Positions 57,096-64,000 of a stretch of DNA of 64,000 bases are shown in pieces. The first letter of the stretch is position 1. Every line of letters begins with the position of its first letter. The position numbers and the translations under genes were made by a program. The stretch comes from a virus, in the IMG/VR virus record IMGVR_UViG_3300003267_000132, positions 2,304 to 66,303 of that record; one strand, 5' to 3'. Under the pieces are notes generated by a model. It saw nothing but the letters and a program-made list of their open reading frames with translations. It had not been told where the DNA came from and ran no database searches.

Positions 57096-60000
57096 TCACC
57101 ACGGCGGTTCGCGGGTCATCTCGTCTTCCCGTCCGCCACGGTCAACGGCAGGGCACGCCAACCAGCCGTCCGGTAGTTGCGCCATCTCGTCGTCGGTCAG
57201 GGGCCAGCGGAAGTGAAGCGACCAGCGATCGGTGTGCCAAAACCCGCGCTCGTGGTCACCGACACCTTCTGCGAGTTGTTGCACCTTGACCTTGAGCAGG
57301 AGCCGAGTCGGCTGGGTGATGTAGCGAATCGGCGTCGGGTCGCCCGCTCGCCATCCTGCGGACACGCTGACTTCCCACACGGGGATGCCGTCGAAGATGT
57401 TGAGTCACCGGTTGACAGTCAGGCCCGACGTCAGCAGTTGCCCACGCATCGGGGACTTCTCGACCCGCCAGAACCGGGAGTGCAGGATCTCTGGTGCCCG
57501 CCCGCAGGGGTGCGCGAGCGCCGTACGCTGGCGCTCGTTCATCACCATGTCCAGTCGACGTGGCGGTAGAGCGGGATGAGCACGGCGTCGACCCCTTGCT
57601 CTTCCAGCCACTGAGTAGCCTCGGCATCCGTCGCGAACGGGCCGAAGTAGCAGTCCGATCCGTTCGGTTGACGGTAGTGAACGGCGATCCAGCCGGTCGC
57701 GGCGTCCAGCCGTTCCTGGCGTTCTTGGTCGGTCCGCCTCACGTCGGAATGAAGTCGAAGTACAGCCGGGGCTGGTGGATGAACTCCAGCGTGCCCTGCA
57801 CCCCGTCGCTCTTGCGGCGCACCAGCACGAACGGGGCGGCGAAGCTCAGGACGTCAAACTCATTGGTCAGGTCCGCCGTCTGCCACACCGGGCCACCCGC
57901 GTCGAGGATATGCCCCAGGTCGATCTGTGGCACCCCCGCTTCGATCAGGGACTTGCGCAGGTCCGCCATTCCATCGTCGGTCATCATCGGTTTCCCCCTG
58001 GCCGCAGGACTCGTCCACCCCGCCTAGGCGCCTGCGTGTCGCTCTCGGGTGGGGGTGCTGCACTGCTTGGCGCGGGCGGGTCGGTTGGGCCAACAGGCGG
58101 CTTCCCTTCCCACACCCGCAGCATGTCGACAACCAGGTCCCACGTCGCTTTCGACGGCGGGTGCACGTCGATCACTTCCGCCAGCGCGCGCTGCCCCGCT
58201 CGGGACAGGTTGACCGCCAGTTCCGAGTCCGCCAGGTCGGCGTCCCGGTTGATCCACCGGAACTTCTCCGCGAGGCGCAGCGCCTTGATGGCGCGCCAGT
58301 GCGCGAAGTGGTCCTCCTGGCTCGGTATCACTCGGGCTTCTCCTGCGGCAGTCCGAGGTCATGGCGCAGCAGCGTGGTCGCCGCGACGCGCTTGGAGGTC
58401 AGGTCGGCCACCTTCTGCAGCGACTCGCGGAACGCGAAGTTGTCGGGATCGGCCAGCGCCTGGCGCAGCATGGTCACCGATTCGACGACGATCGACAGCA
58501 GCGACCGCAGATCGGTCCGCGCCGGTTCGGTCATCTTCGGTTCCAGCGTCAGTAGCCCATCGCGGTAGTTCTCGAACAGGACGGCAGCCGACGCCATGAC
58601 CTCGCGGATGGCGGGGTAGTCGGACTCACCGGCTGCGTCGAGCCGGTCGGTGACTTCAGTGAACCGCGCGTTCAGTCCGTCAACCAGACGGCTGTACTCG
58701 TCGGCTACCAGCGCGTCGTCGCGCGCAGCGACTTGGACGACCGGTGGTGCCGCCTTCGGTTTCTGCGCCGCCGCGCTGTGACTGCATGCCGCCAGCGCGA
58801 CGAGCAGGACCGCCATGCGTTTCATCGGTGCCTCCTTCACGTCGACAATCCCAGCTTCTCCCGCCAGTCCCGCTCCAGCCGTCCGATCACGTTCTCGATC
58901 TCGCGGATCATGCGGTTCCTGGCCTCATTACCGATGATCGTCACGACGGTGTCGACTTCCGCGTGGATGGCATCGGCAATGACCTTGCGGTGTGACTTGA
59001 TCACGTCCTGCGCCGCGGCCCGCGCTTCGTGCAGCTCCCGGACGGCGTCCTTGGCCTCCAGGATTGTCGCCGTGAGTTTGCGCAGCGTCTCTTCGGGTGC
59101 GGCGGGCATCAGCGCCTCCTGATCTTGCGGCGCGCAGGTCGGCTGTAACCACCCTTGGGTGGCGGACCGACCCCGACCCACACGGTGTTGAACGCGACCG
59201 GCTCACCGGGGTGCTCCTGCTGGTAGTGGCCGTCGGTCAGATCGATCTGCTCGGCGTCGAAGAACTCCATGCCGCAGTGAGAACAAACCACCTTCCAGTT
59301 CTCACCGTTGGCCGGGTTCATGTCGCGCATCAGTCGCTCGCCCATCCGAAGAAGATGAACTTGCCGCCCGGTGCTGCGAAGCACCCCGCCGGTCCCCACT
59401 TGTCGTCGACCTTGCGCCCGATGTCGAGCGCCGCCTGCCATTGCGGCTCGGTCAGTTCCACGTAGTCGTAGTCGAGCCACCGCTTCTTGGCGTCGTACGG
59501 CTCCTGCTGGTCGGCTGCCCAGTCCCAGGTCTCGCCGAGGATGTTGCAGCACACGTAGGCGTACTTCATCAGCAGGTTCGGCGGGATCCCCGATGGCGGG
59601 GTCAGCACGACGAACGAGTCCTTCTCCGCGATCGTCCCGGTGTAGCCGCCGTGGCCATGGTCGTACTGCGCCCGTTCGACTGCATCGTGGAAGGCCTGCT
59701 GCGCGCTGGCCCCCTCCTGCACGGTGACGAAGATCGATGATCCCATCACGCCCCCTTCGAGTGCGCGACGAGACGCCGCGACGCCTCGCGCATGATTGCC
59801 CTGGTCAAGCCCTTGTGGGTCTTGAGCGCCCGCGCCAGCAACTCGGTCGCCAGCCGCTCGTCATCCATCATCGACGCCTGCAACTCGTAGGCGTCGTCGT
59901 CCTGGCGCTCGCGGCTCACTCGGCACCCGCCTGCGTCGCAGCGTGCTTGACCAGGTCAGCGAACGCGGCCGCGTCCTCGACAGCGACCGACCCGATCGCG

Positions 60001-60152
60001 GGCCAGTTGATCTGCACGTCGCGGTCCGGGATGGCATAGGCCGTGACCGTCACCTTGCGACCGGACACCGGCAGCGTTGCCGTGTACTCCACGACATCAC
60101 CGCAATCGAGCACCTGAATCTGCATCGCTTCCTCCTCTTGGATGATCGGCAT
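57096..60152 (-). other. Array of small hypothetical ORFs (57542-57742, 57739-57987, 57984-58331, 58837-59109, 59109-59330, 59330-59749, 59916-60125)
   Basis: Packed, overlapping minus-strand ORFs downstream of a predicted promoter. Confidence 0.6.
58328..58840 (-). CDS. Lipoprotein
   Basis: MKR, hydrophobic stretch, LAAC lipobox. Confidence 0.7.
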   Translation of the reverse strand: MKEAPMKRMAVLLVALAACSHSAAAQKPKAAPPVVQVAARDDALVADEYSRLVDGLNARFTEVTDRLDAAGESDYPAIREVMASAAVLFENYRDGLLTLEPKMTEPARTDLRSLLSIVVESVTMLRQALADPDNFAFRESLQKVADLTSKRVAATTLLRHDLGLPQEKPE

Positions 60153-60158
60153 ACCGCC

Positions 60159-60188
60159 ATGCTAATGCGGCTTATGCCGTCCGTTCAA
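60159..60188 (-). promoter_or_regulatory. Sigma70/HrdB-type promoter with embedded palindromic box
   Basis: TTGAAC-N18-TAGCAT; contains TAAGCCGCATTA. Confidence 0.72.
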
Positions 60189-61345
60189 GTGGTGGAGCGC
60201 AGAGATTCGATGACCGCCAGCGTCGACCGGCAGCGCGCCGGGCTGTACCGCGAGTAGTCACCGGTGTCGAGCGCGGAACGCATCAGCGGCTCGTACTTCT
60301 CGATGTGCGGGGTCCAGTCGGCACCGTCGAACTCTGGCGTCGGGACGCCGCAGGCGGTGAAGGCGACGAACTTGCGGAAGCACGTCTGGCACTTCCCGCA
60401 CGCCCGCGCGAACTCGTCGAAGCACGACTTGGTGTTGCGCAGCAGGTCGATCTGGCCGCGCGCCTGCCACCAACGGACCAAGTCGACCTTGTCCATGCCG
60501 CGCAACGGCGACATCAGATGAACGTCGTAGCCGAGCACGGTCAGCAGATGCTGCGTCGTCAGCATGAAGCGGGCGCTCTTGTCGCCCCCGATCGCGGGCG
60601 TCTCCCCGGCCAGGTTCCCCAACCAGAGTTCGCCCCACCACCCAGCCGCTTGCATGTACCGCGCCACCGTGAAGATCACGGTCGCGTTGCGGCCCGGAAT
60701 GATGTGTTTGAAGCGGCGGGGCAAGTGCGTCCCGGTCAGCCACACCGGCTGCCTGCACAGTGACGACGCTGCTTCCAGTTCGGCGGCGGCATACTCCTGA
60801 CCGACGTCGACATAGACCGGGGCCGGGTCCAGTCCCGCCTCGATGGCCATCCACCACAGCGTCGTGGAGTCCATGCCCCCCGTCACCGGAATGACGACGC
60901 GGTACTTGTCGGCGCGACGCCGTGGCACCAGGTCGGGGTTTTCCGGGACGGCGTCCTGGTCGATTGCCCAGTGGCTTGCCATCGTTCCGTCACCGAGCGC
61001 ACCCAGCGGGTCGTCGTGTTCCTTCCATGCGATCAGCGCGTCGAGTGCTTCCAGGCAGGGGAACAGACCGGCGTCGTCGATGAACAGATCGGCGGGCGGC
61101 TTCGCTCCGCACGCGACCTGGTGGAAGTGGAGTTGCCGTTCCCGGCACCACTGTTCAATGGCGGGGCCATGCGACACCGGGCGGGACGAGTGGACGACGA
61201 CGTTCCACCCGCGTGCCGCGGCGTCGTTGACCAGATCGATCATGTCCCAGTTGGCTTGACCCGGTTCAGTCGACCGCGTGTCGCGACAGAGCGTCCCGTC
61301 GAAGTCCACTGCCAGCGTGCGGCGGTCGTAGTGGTTGCGGATCAT
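60185..61345 (-). CDS. HAD-phosphatase-like domain fused to a QueC-like PP-loop ATPase
   Basis: N-terminal AVDFDGTL, HSSR, KPPADLFIDD; C-terminal TGGMDST, DVGQEY...E, IPGRN, TKSC, CGKCQTCFR. Confidence 0.82.
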   Translation of the reverse strand: MIRNHYDRRTLAVDFDGTLCRDTRSTEPGQANWDMIDLVNDAAARGWNVVVHSSRPVSHGPAIEQWCRERQLHFHQVACGAKPPADLFIDDAGLFPCLEALDALIAWKEHDDPLGALGDGTMASHWAIDQDAVPENPDLVPRRRADKYRVVIPVTGGMDSTTLWWMAIEAGLDPAPVYVDVGQEYAAAELEAASSLCRQPVWLTGTHLPRRFKHIIPGRNATVIFTVARYMQAAGWWGELWLGNLAGETPAIGGDKSARFMLTTQHLLTVLGYDVHLMSPLRGMDKVDLVRWWQARGQIDLLRNTKSCFDEFARACGKCQTCFRKFVAFTACGVPTPEFDGADWTPHIEKYEPLMRSALDTGDYSRYSPARCRSTLAVIESLRSTT

Positions 61346-61410
61346 TCCCATGACCAATGACCCTTCGGATGCCGCGGCAGGCGGGCACAGGGGCGCACAG
61401 GCGGTGTCAT
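61342..61410 (-). CDS. 22-aa mini-ORF bridging the TGT-like and HAD-QueC genes
   Basis: MTPPVRPCARLPRHPKGHWSWE*, with ATGA overlaps at both ends. Confidence 0.45.
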   Translation of the reverse strand: MTPPVRPCARLPRHPKGHWSWE

Positions 61411-62438
61411 TCCTGCTCGGCCGCGACCTTGGACGCCTGGACGAGATGCGGGGGATATCCGTCGACGATGTAGATCTTCGGGCCGGTGAGGTACCGCATC
61501 GTGTCGGAGTAGAACGTCGACAGGTACAGCTTCAGACCCTGCGCCGCCAGCCCCAGGTCCGGGGTTTCGGTGTGGACCCCGCGGCTCCCCCGCGAGTCGG
61601 CCAGATATACGCGCAGGTGATCCGGCTCGACCATGCCACGCGGCGGGCCGATGGGACCATGCCGTCGCCGCAACCACTGTTCGAACATCAGCCAGGCTCG
61701 GACGTTGATCGCGATGACGTGCTGGCGCTCACTGCGGGCCAGGTCGACGTCCTTGCCTTCGACGTTCACCAGATTGCAGTCGGGTCGCGCCAGGATCTCC
61801 GGGTCGCCACCGTGGGCACGGATCAGTGCGGCGTGCTTGTAGATGCTGGCGTGCTTGCCGATCGACGCCTTCACGAACCGGGCGCGCTTCTCGTCCCATA
61901 GGTCGAGGGTTCCCCACCGGTGCCCGCTGGTCCACGATGACGAGTCGACCGAGTACCAGGGGAAGGCCGACAACAGCGTGTGGTTGGTCTGGCCGAATCC
62001 ATGCAGACACACGTCGGCGTCGCGCGCCATGGTGAACGCCTTCACCAACCAGCGCATGATGGCGTCTTTGTCGCGGGCGACCATGCCACCGAGACACACC
62101 CACGGGTACTCGGCCAGGTACCCCTCGTAGTACTCCCACGGGTCGCCACCATGGAACACCGGCAGCGGTGTCAGCCCCAGGCTTTCCAGCGCGCGCTGAT
62201 TGTCGAGGGTCGCCTTCGGGTTTTGGATCACGTCGAGGTTGGCGTACGCGGTGAAGTAGTGCTTCCACTGGTTCACCCACTCGGCGTATCCGTCGACCGT
62301 GACCTCGCCGCCCAGGGTGTACGCGGAGTAGGCACCGGAGTCCGCGAACACGTCGGGCGGCTCGGGGAACGCTTCGATCAGGGTCTTCAGATCGGTGTCG
62401 CGGTAGAAGTAGTACGACACGAGCATCCGCAGCTTCAT
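61407..62438 (-). CDS. TGT-like (queuine tRNA-ribosyltransferase fold) protein, candidate 2
   Basis: FADSGAYS, NLDVI, PVFH, LGG, HGFG and PWYSVDSSSW motifs. Confidence 0.78.
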   Translation of the reverse strand: MKLRMLVSYYFYRDTDLKTLIEAFPEPPDVFADSGAYSAYTLGGEVTVDGYAEWVNQWKHYFTAYANLDVIQNPKATLDNQRALESLGLTPLPVFHGGDPWEYYEGYLAEYPWVCLGGMVARDKDAIMRWLVKAFTMARDADVCLHGFGQTNHTLLSAFPWYSVDSSSWTSGHRWGTLDLWDEKRARFVKASIGKHASIYKHAALIRAHGGDPEILARPDCNLVNVEGKDVDLARSERQHVIAINVRAWLMFEQWLRRRHGPIGPPRGMVEPDHLRVYLADSRGSRGVHTETPDLGLAAQGLKLYLSTFYSDTMRYLTGPKIYIVDGYPPHLVQASKVAAEQE

Positions 62439-63085
62439 CGGCTGACGGCTCCCCGCACCGCTTCCGCCGCGGTGATGAGCAGTTCGAACTGCTTGGCCTC
62501 GTCGCGTTCGGTGCCGACCAGGACCATGAACCGCTCGCGCAGGTCCGGGGGCACCCGGAAGCGCACGACCGGCCAGAAGTCTTCCGGCTGCGGTTCACCC
62601 ACCCGGCGCGCCAGGTCGTCGAGGTCGGGCGGGTTGAGCCTGGCCATGATGTCGGCCAGGTCGGAGTCGTAGAACCCGGTGACAGCCAGCGAGTCTTGGT
62701 CGTCGAGCCATTGCAGGGTCGCCGCGAGGTCCTGGTCGTCCCAGCCCCCCATCTCGGTCGCCCGGTTCGCGAACAACAGGTACCGCTGCGCCTGCGCGTC
62801 GTCGCGCGACGCCCACCCGCGCACGACCGGCAGGAGCCACTGTCCATTCTCGTCGACCTTGACGCCGTCGGGTGGTTCGCGTCCGTCCTGCATGGCGCGG
62901 CGGACCATGCCAAGTCGACCGTGCCCGGACACAAGCCGACCGGTGCGTTCGTCGATCATCACCGGCTCGGTGTAGCCGTACTCGTCCAGCGAAGCGTCGA
63001 GGTCTGCTTCCGCGTGCCTTTTTGGATTTTGGATCGCCGCGACAACCTGGTCGACGGGCTGGTACTCGATATGACGTTCGGCCAT
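62435..63085 (-). CDS. ParB/Srx-like N-terminal domain protein
   Basis: NPKRH...SL.EYGY.EPVMIDE.TG.LVSGHGRL...NR..E.GGWD; TATGAT box 7 nt upstream. Confidence 0.85.
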   Translation of the reverse strand: MAERHIEYQPVDQVVAAIQNPKRHAEADLDASLDEYGYTEPVMIDERTGRLVSGHGRLGMVRRAMQDGREPPDGVKVDENGQWLLPVVRGWASRDDAQAQRYLLFANRATEMGGWDDQDLAATLQWLDDQDSLAVTGFYDSDLADIMARLNPPDLDDLARRVGEPQPEDFWPVVRFRVPPDLRERFMVLVGTERDEAKQFELLITAAEAVRGAVSR

Positions 63086-63185
63086 GACCGGCATCATACG
63101 GACCCCGGACGCGGAACGGGCGGGACCCGACGCATTAGGCCCCGCCCGTCCGCAGTTGCCGTGACTCCGCACGTCCCCCCGAATG

Positions 63186-63950
63186 CTACTGGACGGCAGC
63201 GACTGGGGATGGCTCCGTCGCTGCCCACAGCTGCATCCAACGCGTGCGGCTCAGGGCAATGCCCTCCAGCCAGTAGGCGATCTCCATCTCGTCGACCGCG
63301 GACGTGTCCGGGCGCTTGGCGCGGACCTTGCGGATGTACTTCAGCATCTCCGCTTCAGTGAGCCGCTTGCCAGGACCGCGCACCCCACCCTTCTCCGACT
63401 TGACCGCCATCGCCCTGACCGCCAGCGGGTTCTTGTCGGAACTGGTTGTCGGCAGCGCGGTGACGACTTCCGGCTTCGGTGCTGGCTCGGCACCCGTCGT
63501 GGTGGGGGCCGAGGCCAACTGGTGCTTCCACTGCTGCGGGTCGGGGCGGCAGCAGGTCGCCGGTTCCGCGACCGTGGTCGGACCGTGGTCGACGATGTTG
63601 AGCGTCACGATCCGCTTGCACCGCGGGCGGTGGTAGCGCAGGCCGCCGCGACCCTCGGTCACGACGTACAGCAGGGACTCTTCCTTCTGGTTCATCGCCT
63701 TCTCTCTTTCTCGGCATTCGCAGCACACGATCGGCTGCGGACCTTCGGGTGGGCACTGCTGCGCGCATCGTGCGCAGGACACGACGCGCGAGATGGGGAG
63801 CGACCGGCGCGCACCCGGCCCGTAGACCGCCCGGGCGCCCCGCTGGCGCGCCCCGCGGCACCACTCATGCACCCCGTCTTCTTGGATGGGTCCAAGCGGC
63901 ACATTGGCCTCAAACCCGCACCATGCGCACCGCGGCTCTCGGGACTTCAT
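63186..63950 (-). CDS. Cys-rich hypothetical protein (start uncertain, alternative 63695)
   Basis: Coherent ORF; purine-rich RBS-like stretch before MNQKEE. Confidence 0.5.
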   Translation of the reverse strand: MKSREPRCAWCGFEANVPLGPIQEDGVHEWCRGARQRGARAVYGPGARRSLPISRVVSCARCAQQCPPEGPQPIVCCECREREKAMNQKEESLLYVVTEGRGGLRYHRPRCKRIVTLNIVDHGPTTVAEPATCCRPDPQQWKHQLASAPTTTGAEPAPKPEVVTALPTTSSDKNPLAVRAMAVKSEKGGVRGPGKRLTEAEMLKYIRKVRAKRPDTSAVDEMEIAYWLEGIALSRTRWMQLWAATEPSPVAAVQ

Positions 63951-64000
63951 GGCCGCGACTCGTCGACGAGTACCCGGACGTGACGGATCTGATCGGCGGG

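Noticed and set aside
1-64000. Additional tRNA genes, integrase or att sites
   Set aside because: Other GTTCGA-type matches that I checked lie in ordinary coding context without cloverleaf arms, and no recombinase motifs were found. The scan was by eye and not exhaustive.

Overview
The window is a ~64 kb segment of a high-GC tailed phage or prophage genome, most likely a siphovirus of an actinobacterial host, with almost all genes on the minus strand. Read right to left it has: (1) a ParB-like / TGT-like / HAD-QueC-like module; (2) a 7-deazaguanine pathway (queD, queE, queC, a second TGT/DpdA-like gene, folE) interleaved with a probable small terminase and a DnaQ-like exonuclease; (3) HNH, large terminase and ~7 kb of small accessory ORFs (MerR-type regulator, lipoprotein, a plus-strand NlpC/P60); (4) portal with a MuF-like C-terminus, capsid maturation protease, two capsid proteins and two tandem paralogous major tail proteins; (5) a ~20 kb insert of repeat-rich virion-appendage-like genes plus glycosyltransferases and methyltransferases; (6) neck, tail chaperone, tape measure and minor tail genes; (7) an endolysin candidate followed directly by an intact EAL phosphodiesterase and a receiver-domain gene running off the left edge. 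The most unusual observations are a tRNA(CAT)-like cloverleaf sitting in-frame inside a glycosyltransferase CDS, the EAL + receiver pair coupled to the lysis gene, and the duplicated QueC/TGT machinery. No integrase, replication genes or CRISPR array were seen. All assignments come from recognising motifs by eye; no database searches were run.
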